A program made the position numbers and the translations under genes. Positions 36,741-44,606 of a stretch of 64,000 nt of DNA are shown here, one piece after another (positions within the stretch are counted from its first letter, which is position 1; every line of letters begins with the position of its first letter). Source of the stretch: Thermodesulfobacteriota bacterium (GTDB taxonomy: Bacteria; Desulfobacterota; Binatia; Bin18). The DNA is taken from positions 4,064,001-4,128,000 of the forward strand of contig OZ219926.1 of the NCBI GenBank assembly GCA_964291405.2, read 5' to 3'. Below the pieces are notes generated by a model. It did no database searches, was not told the origin of the DNA, and saw only the letters and a list, made by a program, of their open reading frames with translations.

Positions 36741-38744
36741 ATGCGTATGAAAAAAGGACTGCTGATTGCGTCGGAATTTCCGGCTGATTCCTTCTGGAGC
36801 TTTAAGTATGTGATGAAGTACATCCGACGCAAAGCTCCGTTCCCGCCAGTCGGGCTCCTGACCTTTGCGGCACTGATGCCGCAGGACGAATGGGAATTTG
36901 AACTGATTGATCTGAATGTCGAGCGCCTTTCGTCTCAAAAGCTCCGAAAAAAAATTCAGGACAGCGACGCCGTCTTTACCGGAGCGATGAATGTCCAACG
37001 TGACTCCCTCGTTGACCTCCTCAAAGGGCCGGCCCACGGAACGGACACACCCTGGGTTCTTGGCGGGCCCCTGGCCTCGACCTATCGCGACTCCATTATG
37101 AACCCGCGGAACGAAATGGATGAGGTTCTGCATCGGGGGTTCGACTACTTGGTCTGGGGAGAGGCGAGTCCGTGGATTGCCGACCTCAATCGTCGCCTGG
37201 AGGAAGCCCCCAAACATAGCGACGAGTCCCCCTTTCTCTTTATCCCCGAACAGGTTCTTAACGCCCCCGAGGCCTCTCGCAAGTATCTCCAAGATCGTTC
37301 AATTTTCGAGCCGTTTGACGGCTTGGCCAGTCCGCGCTGGGATTTGATTGATGTTGGTGACTATCGCGCCTTGATGTTGCAAACAACCGCTGGCTGCCGC
37401 TTTCGGTGTAATTTCTGTGACATCATTCAGTTCAACGGTGGATTCCCCCGGGCAAAGGGCGGCATCGATGTCACGCGAGAGTTGCAGGCCATCTATGACA
37501 CCGGCTTTCGTGGTGGGGTGTTTACGGTTGACGATAATTTCGTGTCCGAACCCAAGGCCATGGAAGAGATTCTGAACGCGATGACGGAATTCCAACGTCA
37601 ACACGACTATCCCTTTGGATTTTTTACTCAGGCGAGTATTGACCTGGGCAAAGAATCGCTGTCCTATCTGGTACCCCTGATGCAGCAGGCCGGGTTTGCC
37701 ACTGTCTTCTTGGGTATCGAGAATCCCGACCCCGCGGCCCTGCGGCAGATGAATAAGATTCAGAATATCAAGACTGCCCCAAAAGATACGATTGGGTTGC
37801 TACAGAAACATGGCATTGAGGTCCAGGCCGGTTTCATCTTTGGGGCCGATACCGATACCCCACAGACGGCCGACAATATTGTTGACTTTGCCGAAAAGAA
37901 CGGGGTTTTCTCGGCCATGACCGGCACCTTGACCCCGTTGCCGCATACGCCGCTATACGTCGAGCTTAAAGAGCAGGGCCGCCTGCTCGAAGCAGAGTTG
38001 GCGTGTAATAATGTTGACGACACGGTCCAGTTCAAACCCGTGATGGGCCTCGACAATCTACAGAATGGCTTTCTGCATATCCTGGAGTCCCTGTTCAGCC
38101 CACAGGCCATGTATGGACGGGCGGAGCGCCTGATTGGTCGCCTCGATACCCATATTTTTACAAACAGTCATCTTGATATGAGCCACGTCTCGGCGGCCAT
38201 TCGTTCGTTTACCAAGCAGGGCCTGGGCGGATTGTGGGCGAAGGAACAGCGGGGCTACCTCCATCTGCTCAAACGCGCCGTCCAGCTTGATAGACAATTC
38301 CTGCGAGATATCCGCACCGAATCCCGGAATCTGGGTTCCTATTGGGACAAGGTGGGGGCTGCGGCCAAGAATCATGTCGAGTTGGACGGACAAGACGCGA
38401 AGCGGTTTGCCGAGATGCTGTCCTATGCCCAGGATGCGTTGGTGCGCTGCCGGCCCGACATGGGTCTGACGGAAATCCAGGATTTTGTCCAACGCGTGCG
38501 AGAAGAGGTTGCTCAGGGTGTCCTGCCACGTACAGAAGCCCAATCGGTCTATGAAGCCGCCCGCGAATATTTGCTTGCGAAACGTGCCCTGTTTCAGTTT
38601 CCAGGGTCGCATCTTGTGAAGGCAATTGAATTGTCCATTGTCGGCATTCACTATGGAACGGTGGTGGATCACGTCCTCACCAAAATGCGAGCGGGTCGTG
38701 AGGTGACGCTTTCCACCGAGCCCATGAGCGCGAGGCCGGTATAG
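36741..38744 (+). CDS. B12-binding radical SAM protein with DUF4070-like C-terminus
   Basis: SFWSF, PPVGLLTFAA, CRFRCNFC, VDDNF, FLGIE, GFIFGADTD, PLPHTPLY. Confidence 0.92.
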   Translation: MRMKKGLLIASEFPADSFWSFKYVMKYIRRKAPFPPVGLLTFAALMPQDEWEFELIDLNVERLSSQKLRKKIQDSDAVFTGAMNVQRDSLVDLLKGPAHGTDTPWVLGGPLASTYRDSIMNPRNEMDEVLHRGFDYLVWGEASPWIADLNRRLEEAPKHSDESPFLFIPEQVLNAPEASRKYLQDRSIFEPFDGLASPRWDLIDVGDYRALMLQTTAGCRFRCNFCDIIQFNGGFPRAKGGIDVTRELQAIYDTGFRGGVFTVDDNFVSEPKAMEEILNAMTEFQRQHDYPFGFFTQASIDLGKESLSYLVPLMQQAGFATVFLGIENPDPAALRQMNKIQNIKTAPKDTIGLLQKHGIEVQAGFIFGADTDTPQTADNIVDFAEKNGVFSAMTGTLTPLPHTPLYVELKEQGRLLEAELACNNVDDTVQFKPVMGLDNLQNGFLHILESLFSPQAMYGRAERLIGRLDTHIFTNSHLDMSHVSAAIRSFTKQGLGGLWAKEQRGYLHLLKRAVQLDRQFLRDIRTESRNLGSYWDKVGAAAKNHVELDGQDAKRFAEMLSYAQDALVRCRPDMGLTEIQDFVQRVREEVAQGVLPRTEAQSVYEAAREYLLAKRALFQFPGSHLVKAIELSIVGIHYGTVVDHVLTKMRAGREVTLSTEPMSARPV

Positions 38745-38776
38745 GCGACTCTCCCGCCTGGGGACTATCGTTTACC

Positions 38777-39751
38777 TTGCCGCGTGCGGATCTGCCCGTT
38801 CCCCTTATGCCTCGTCCTGTTGCAGCCCACGCCTGCTCTCTCCCGTTTGCGGAAGCCGAGTATACGCGGACCTTTGAGGCCGAGATTGACAATCTGGTCA
38901 ACTCGGAAATGCGAGTCCGGGGAACGCTTGCCGACCATCGTTGTACCCTGACCGCCGAGTGGATTGTGTGTCTCCCGACCTATGAAATCCGCCAGGCTTC
39001 CGCGACGCATCTCTCCGGTGCCCCCAATGTGCTCTCGCCGGCGTTGATCACGCGTCTTCCCACCATTCAGGGCGCAACAATTGGTCAGGGCTTTAGCCGG
39101 ATCATGGGAGCGACTCTGGGCAATCTGCCGGGTCACAAAGAGCACCGGACGTTAGCAACGGAAATGGCGCGCGTTAGCCTTCAGGCATTCCCGGTTCCCA
39201 AAGACGATCATGAACGGTTTGCGTCGTTTGTGACGGACATGCCGCCCGGACCGAGTCGGCTGGCGCGTATGCTCTGGGAACGGGACCGCGCCGATTTCAG
39301 CATGCTGAAGAACTCGTGTTTTACGTATCGTGATCAGTCGGCCCGACTGTTTGAAGAACGGACGGTTGAGCCTTTCGATCCTGATATGACTGTCCCTGAA
39401 CCGGGGGAGGCACGCTTCTTTTGGCGTACGAAGCGCTTACAGATTACCCCACGCCCTGACCGGGCGGGTTTTCACTGTCAGCATGCACTGGATGATCGCT
39501 TTCAGCAGATGCAGATCGATTTTGATATCGACGTTGAAGGGACGATCACCAACGCTACCAGTCGGCCCGGACGGCTACCCTTCCGCGGGCTATGCGAAGA
39601 GCCTCACTCCCGAACGGGAGGGCTCAACGGCCTCAAGCTCGGAAAAAATTTCACGCCTCCGGTCGTCGATCAGATCGGTGGCTCAACCGGCTGTCGCCAT
39701 TTGTTTGATTTGGCGACGGACTGCCTGCGTCTCTTTACCTGGCGAGAATAG
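38777..39751 (+). CDS. DUF2889 domain protein, apparently two copies of the domain
   Basis: GSTGCRHLFDL, LKNSCFTY, LPFRGLC; start may be ATG 38808. Confidence 0.7.
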   Translation: MPRADLPVPLMPRPVAAHACSLPFAEAEYTRTFEAEIDNLVNSEMRVRGTLADHRCTLTAEWIVCLPTYEIRQASATHLSGAPNVLSPALITRLPTIQGATIGQGFSRIMGATLGNLPGHKEHRTLATEMARVSLQAFPVPKDDHERFASFVTDMPPGPSRLARMLWERDRADFSMLKNSCFTYRDQSARLFEERTVEPFDPDMTVPEPGEARFFWRTKRLQITPRPDRAGFHCQHALDDRFQQMQIDFDIDVEGTITNATSRPGRLPFRGLCEEPHSRTGGLNGLKLGKNFTPPVVDQIGGSTGCRHLFDLATDCLRLFTWRE

Positions 39752-39771
39752 CCGGGTCCCTCCACGCCGTT

Positions 39772-40632
39772 TTATGGGAGTACGTCTGCCTGCACGACCC
39801 AGGTTGCGCTCGACAGGTAGACGCTGTCTCCGTCCGCATACGGGAGCAGAGCTGCCCGAATAGACTCGGCAACGCGGCTGCGTGTCTCGGCATCGGATTC
39901 ACGCAACAGGGATGCAACCGGCCCGATGGCGAGAAGGAAGGCGACCGCTCCGTCTACGCCCGTTGCACCGCCGACGCTGATATTCGTTTCATGGGACTGG
40001 CAGCGCACATTGCGAAATCCGGCCGAGTCGAGAATAGCGCGTACGCGGTCAGGGTCGGCCAAGGAAAAGGGACCGGGGGTGCCGGGCTCGGGACGAGGCG
40101 GAAGCGGTACATGTTGAGCCGCGGCTTGAAGCGGAACCCGAACCCAATCGTTCTTCTGCAACTCCTGCCAGCACAGGAAACACAGTCGCCCTCCAGGGCG
40201 GAGTGCAGTCCGTAGATTACCGAAAGCCTGGGCAGCGTCCTCGAAAAACATGACGCCGAAACGAGAAAAGAGCAGATCAACGCTCTCCGGCTCAAAGCGG
40301 TGCGTCTGGGCATCGGCATGCAGGAAGCTCAAGTTCCTAAGCTGTTGTTCCTGTTGACGCTCACGGGCGCGACCCAGCATGGGGCGGGAGACATCAATCC
40401 CCGTCACCGAGCCGTGAGGACCAACCCGGTCTGCCAGAGCGAGCGCGGTGTGTCCGCATCCGCAGCCAACGTCGAGCACGGACTCTTCCGGTTGCGCGGC
40501 CGCTTGCTCCAAGGCGACGAGTCCCAACGGACCGATCTGGGCATCGAGCCGCTCCTGGAGTTTGACCCATTGCGGCCCGCCCCGTTCATTCCAATACTCA
40601 ATCTGCTCTGCGTTGGTCTGTCCGTTTGCCAT
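39772..40632 (-). CDS. Class I SAM-dependent methyltransferase
   Basis: VLDVGCGCG, GIDVS, SRFGVMFF, LRPGGRL. Confidence 0.94.
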   Translation of the reverse strand: MANGQTNAEQIEYWNERGGPQWVKLQERLDAQIGPLGLVALEQAAAQPEESVLDVGCGCGHTALALADRVGPHGSVTGIDVSRPMLGRARERQQEQQLRNLSFLHADAQTHRFEPESVDLLFSRFGVMFFEDAAQAFGNLRTALRPGGRLCFLCWQELQKNDWVRVPLQAAAQHVPLPPRPEPGTPGPFSLADPDRVRAILDSAGFRNVRCQSHETNISVGGATGVDGAVAFLLAIGPVASLLRESDAETRSRVAESIRAALLPYADGDSVYLSSATWVVQADVLP

Positions 40633-40733
40633 ATACTGCTCCAACCGATACCGGGGTGTCTCCTCTAGGGCTGGCGTTCTCGTGTATCAGTCCGAAGGGC
40701 TGCTGGCCAGTGAGAGCCCGGCGTGGTAGTGTA

Positions 40734-41612
40734 TCAGTTTGAATTTCTTTTTTTGTACGGGCCACGCGGACCAGGCTTCGGGGCTCGTGCATCCATCAGC
40801 CCTACGACCCACTCCATGTCGTGTAGCGTATTGTCGATCCCGGCTGCCATTGCTGGGGACATTTGCAGGGTTTTGTGAATTCGGCAGAAGTTGTAGTGCA
40901 GGAAATACAGCGCGATCATATAAAAATGGTGCTCGATCTTTTTTGAAAAAGCATTGGTGAGCCGTGTGAACCGACGCATACTCATTCGCATAGTCAAATT
41001 CTGGCGCTCTACATAGCTGGTTGAAATGTGGTCAGGATCAGGGTTGCCCGAGACTGGCGACGGACGAGCCCCAATACACTCAGCAGGGCTGTAGCGTCGC
41101 TCTGCTTCGGGCGGCACGCCGTACAGCTTCATCAGTTGCGCGTAATCAACCTCACACCCGAACGCATCTTCTACAGCATCCAGATAGGCCCTGTGGCCGT
41201 CCGTTGTGAGTTGAACCCGACGGGCGAGACGCCCGGCCACATCCTGCATGAACTCGTAGGCATAGCCACCATCTCGGCCCCCAAGCAGATATGACACAAT
41301 CAATTTGCTGTCTGCATCTATTGCTGTCCAAGTCCATACGTCGCCAGCTTCATCCGGGGCTGCCTTCGCTTTCGGCACGTTCTTCTCTTTGGCATAGACA
41401 TAGGACCAGATTTCGTCACACTGTACTCGCTGAGACTGCACATTGCGGACATGCTTGTTATGGTACTCAGCGGCTGCCTGCCCAGCTTGAATCAGAAGTT
41501 TTTTGACAGTGTTGATCGAGACATCAGCTACGCGGCTAACTGCCCGCATCGACATCCCCTCAACCAGCATATTGAGAATTTGTACCCGCTTGTGAATTGG
41601 GAGCTTGTTCAT
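40734..41612 (-). CDS. IS1-family DDE transposase, single ORF, 292 aa
   Basis: HTH GMSMRAVSRVADVSINTV; DDE in QCDEIW / TTDG / YVERQN; RRFTRLTNAFSKK; stop codon lies inside the inverted repeat. Confidence 0.92.
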   Translation of the reverse strand: MNKLPIHKRVQILNMLVEGMSMRAVSRVADVSINTVKKLLIQAGQAAAEYHNKHVRNVQSQRVQCDEIWSYVYAKEKNVPKAKAAPDEAGDVWTWTAIDADSKLIVSYLLGGRDGGYAYEFMQDVAGRLARRVQLTTDGHRAYLDAVEDAFGCEVDYAQLMKLYGVPPEAERRYSPAECIGARPSPVSGNPDPDHISTSYVERQNLTMRMSMRRFTRLTNAFSKKIEHHFYMIALYFLHYNFCRIHKTLQMSPAMAAGIDNTLHDMEWVVGLMDARAPKPGPRGPYKKRNSN

Positions 41613-41619
41613 GCTCCTA

Positions 41620-41648
41620 ATTGTATGAAATTTTATGCTTACTGTCAA
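41620..41648 (-). promoter_or_regulatory. Sigma70 promoter of the transposase
   Basis: TTGACA-17 nt-TACAAT, ending 7 nt before the ATG. Confidence 0.8.
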
Positions 41649-41718
41649 GTAAAAAGTTCATATAATTATATGTCTAGCGTCAATATTTATGAAAGACTCT
41701 TTTCCCTATAGATAAGAA

Positions 41719-41752
41719 GAAGCCGCCCCAAGATTCTTCCTGGGGCGGCTTC
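41719..41752 (-). terminator. Intrinsic terminator between cargo and transposase
   Basis: GAAGCCGCCCCA-10 nt-TGGGGCGGCTTC, followed by TTCTTAT on the minus strand. Confidence 0.75.
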
Positions 41753-41790
41753 CTTTGCTGAGGTGAGAGGAAAGAGAAATTGTCGAGAAA

Positions 41791-41976
41791 TCAATAACCT
41801 TCCGGTTCTTTACGCATTGCCGGAGCCTCTACATTACCGTCATTCTCGTGTATGTCTATGTTAGTCGGCGTGAATCCCGTCAGATTCTCCGTCAGGACGA
41901 TCTGGCGTTCCAACTGATGCTGGAGGATTTTTTCCATCTCCTCCCGCGCTTCCTGTTCGGTCGGTCGCTTTGTCAT
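41791..41976 (-). CDS. Small acidic ORF (61 aa) overlapping the 3' end of the protease gene
   Basis: AAAGGAG-8 nt-ATG; MTKRPTEQEAREEMEKILQ...; ends just before the terminator. Confidence 0.5.
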   Translation of the reverse strand: MTKRPTEQEAREEMEKILQHQLERQIVLTENLTGFTPTNIDIHENDGNVEAPAMRKEPEGY

Positions 41977-42859
41977 TTTTGGACTCCTTTCTTTTCGCCG
42001 TGCCACTGAGACAACGAATAATAGGTGTTCGTCTGTTGTCCTTCCTTCTGATCTCGTTCCGTGCCTGTAATCTGAGCTTGTCTACTAGCTGGCGTTCGTT
42101 GGCTGTTAAATCCCGGACATTTTTGAATAGGCTGCTCGCTTCATGGATATCTATAACAAAAGAATGGGACGGATAGGTTTGTGTCAAATGTTCTATTGCT
42201 TTGTCCTTTAGATTTCCTGAGTGTACATTCAGTCTTTGAGCATAATCCGACGCAATGCGCATTGCGCGTAATTTCTCACCAACTTCCATTGGGTCAATCT
42301 GAGAGAATATCGGCGCATAAAGGCCAGTCACTAGTTCAGATGCCGATTGCGTGGCTGTCTTAAAGGAAATGACTGCCTCCGTATCGGTTATTATACCTGA
42401 AAATATATCGGCATGTGTTTCAATTGCTGATTTTATTAGATGGTCTATGGATACCGTGATTGTCAACCCGGATTGGCGTTCAGCCAGGTTATCCGTTTTG
42501 TAAGTCTGAATGTCGATAGGTCCTATTTCACCATAGGGCGCAAAAGCAACACTGTGTGCTCCTACTGCTATCAGGGTACCAGCACTCTTACACAATCCAG
42601 AAACAAGGACGGTGAAATTCTCGTACTTGTTTTGCATATACCTGGCCATCTTATATGCTGCATCAGGATTTCCACCATGCGTGACCAGAATAAGAATTGC
42701 GTTTTTCTTGGCCTTTTGCTTGTGTACCTCTTGAATGAACGTCAGATCAGCGCCTCGTAGAATCTCGCCATTATACAAATAAACATCGCTGTCACTGTCA
42801 TCACTGACTGCCCTAGCGAGTTCCGCAAGTTCTGATTCTGTCACACTGTTATCAGGCAT
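41861..42859 (-). CDS. SDH-family ClpP-fold serine protease (IS cargo)
   Basis: THGGNPDAA, CKSAGTLIAVGA (catalytic Ser), GPIDIQ, YPSHSFVI. Confidence 0.88.
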   Translation of the reverse strand: MPDNSVTESELAELARAVSDDSDSDVYLYNGEILRGADLTFIQEVHKQKAKKNAILILVTHGGNPDAAYKMARYMQNKYENFTVLVSGLCKSAGTLIAVGAHSVAFAPYGEIGPIDIQTYKTDNLAERQSGLTITVSIDHLIKSAIETHADIFSGIITDTEAVISFKTATQSASELVTGLYAPIFSQIDPMEVGEKLRAMRIASDYAQRLNVHSGNLKDKAIEHLTQTYPSHSFVIDIHEASSLFKNVRDLTANERQLVDKLRLQARNEIRRKDNRRTPIIRCLSGTAKRKESKNDKATDRTGSAGGDGKNPPASVGTPDRPDGESDGIHAD

Positions 42860-42872
42860 CTTAGTGAGGAGC

Positions 42873-43109
42873 CTAGCGGTCTCTACTCTTTTCAGCCCAG
42901 CGTGCAGATGCACCTTGCTTGGCAATCGCGGTACGTTGGGCAGCGGTGAGCTTCAACGCACGCGCACGTCCGCCTAGCCGTCCAAGAGTCTGGCCGGCGG
43001 TTCGTGTTTCGATCTGTTCTGTTTCCTCACCTGTAGCGATCCGCGCGACCGCCACTGCTGCCCCAACCACATCACGCGGACGTACCTGTCCTTGTGGTCC
43101 TCGTGGCAT
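42873..43109 (-). CDS. Small basic IS-associated protein (78 aa)
   Basis: AGGAGG precedes the ATG; RPRDV...VARIATGE...LGRLGGRARA...RTAIAKQGASARW. Confidence 0.82.
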   Translation of the reverse strand: MPRGPQGQVRPRDVVGAAVAVARIATGEETEQIETRTAGQTLGRLGGRARALKLTAAQRTAIAKQGASARWAEKSRDR

Positions 43110-43137
43110 GCGTTGCACCTCCTGTCCGTCGGTCTGT

Positions 43138-43182
43138 ATATTACGCATAAGTGTGAGCATGTCAACTTATAAATTATAAGTT
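43138..43182 (-). promoter_or_regulatory. Promoter and palindromic operator of the cargo operon
   Basis: TTGACA (43160-43165)-16 nt-TAATAT; AACTTATAA-A-TTATAAGTT (43164-43182) overlaps the -35 box. Confidence 0.6.
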
Positions 43183-43261
43183 CGCTGAATGGCGTGTGCG
43201 AGTGTGGATCGAAGAAAGTCTGAAAAAATCAGATTTCAAACTGATACACTACCCCCGGCGT

Positions 43262-43660
43262 TTATGCCGCGGCGATCTTTTGGCGCGTCAGTGTAAGCGG
43301 TTCATGAAAATGCGTTTCCACCAGTGTAATACCAAGACTTTCCGCTATCGCTCGATCCTCGGCGTCCCAGCCATCCTCGACCCACACGATCTTTTTTCCT
43401 GGTCCGACCAGGCCAGCCAACCCCTCAGTTTTTGTAGCCTTCCAGGACAGTGACGGCAGGTGGATATCGAGCGCTGCGAATTCCAGGTGGATGTGGGCCT
43501 GCCACGAAGAGAGGATAAGGACGACGTGGAACTGTTCCTGACACCACGCGACGAATTCCTGGACTCCCTCTTTCCAATCCGTCCCACGTATGGTGCCAGC
43601 AGCACCCTGGAGAGATTTCAGCACACCATCGACATCGAGCAAGAGAATATTTGTCGTCAT
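43262..43660 (-). CDS. Small HAD-superfamily protein
   Basis: LLLDVDGVL (motif I), ILSSW, VWVED; the stop codon abuts the IS target duplication. Confidence 0.75.
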   Translation of the reverse strand: MTTNILLLDVDGVLKSLQGAAGTIRGTDWKEGVQEFVAWCQEQFHVVLILSSWQAHIHLEFAALDIHLPSLSWKATKTEGLAGLVGPGKKIVWVEDGWDAEDRAIAESLGITLVETHFHEPLTLTRQKIAAA

Positions 43661-43668
43661 GGGAAAGT

Positions 43669-44499
43669 TCAGCGGCCGGTGAAGACTGGCGATCTTTTCT
43701 CCTTGAAAGCTCGGATCGCTTCTTGAAAATCCTGTGTCCCAGACGCCCGAATCAGCCGATCCGCTTCCATATCCAGACAGGTATGCAGATCCTGGGTCGT
43801 GGCCCGGTTCAGATTCTCCTTCATATAACGCAAGGCCAACGGCGGGCCGGCGGCAATCCGTTCGGCAAAGGCCAGGGCTTCCGTCTCAAAGGCATCGTCC
43901 GCAAAGACCCGGTTAAAAATGCCTAAACGCTCACATTCTGCGGCGTCGATGCGCTCTGACGTATAGTAGAGTTCCCGCGCCTTGGCGGTGCCAATCAGTT
44001 GGGTCAAAAACCAGCTTCCCCCGTAATCTCCGGGTAGTCCGATCTTCCCGAATCCGGTTGTGACGAACGCTCGTGCCGCAGCAATGCGGATATCGCACGC
44101 CAGGGCGATCGAAAGTCCGGCTCCGGCCGCCGGGCCGGGCAGGGCGGCGATCACGGGTTTTTCGAGTTCGTAAATCATGCCGGTCAGCGTTCTTTGTCGC
44201 CGCCGCAGGAGCTGGATCTTCTCTTCCGGCGTCTGTTCTTCTTTGGACCACGAACCAAAGGTTTTGACGTCACCGCCGGCGCAAAAGGCCGTCCCGGCTC
44301 CGGTGAGCATAATGCAGCCTACATCGGGGCGTATTGCCAGCTCCGGAATGATGGTGCGGAGCGCCGGGGTCAGCGTATCCGACAGCGCGTTACGGACTTC
44401 GGGGCGATTGAACGTCACCACCCCCACACGATCTTCGAGATGGCATAGGAGTTGTTCCGTACCGGTGTCTATGGCTTGTCTGTGCGATTTTTCGGACAT
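43669..44499 (-). CDS. Enoyl-CoA hydratase/isomerase family
   Basis: NRPEVRNAL, AFCAGGDV, AAGAGLSIALACD, KRSPVFTGR. Confidence 0.95.
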   Translation of the reverse strand: MSEKSHRQAIDTGTEQLLCHLEDRVGVVTFNRPEVRNALSDTLTPALRTIIPELAIRPDVGCIMLTGAGTAFCAGGDVKTFGSWSKEEQTPEEKIQLLRRRQRTLTGMIYELEKPVIAALPGPAAGAGLSIALACDIRIAAARAFVTTGFGKIGLPGDYGGSWFLTQLIGTAKARELYYTSERIDAAECERLGIFNRVFADDAFETEALAFAERIAAGPPLALRYMKENLNRATTQDLHTCLDMEADRLIRASGTQDFQEAIRAFKEKRSPVFTGR

Positions 44500-44606
44500 G
44501 TTTGCTCCTCGTTCCTAGAGTATTACCGGTCCGCTGTATCCAGAAAAATTCTCGCTTCTTGCAGTGCCTCGGGTACATTTTTGTCACTCCAGCCGGCGAG
44601 CAGCTT

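Larger units (their letters stand above)
40725..43253 (-). mobile_element. IS1-family cargo-carrying insertion element, 2,529 bp
   Basis: Perfect 19-bp inverted repeats GGTAGTGTATCAGTTTGAA (40725-40743 and 43235-43253); 8-bp target duplication CCCGGCGT (40717-40724 and 43254-43261); lower-GC interior. Confidence 0.95.
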
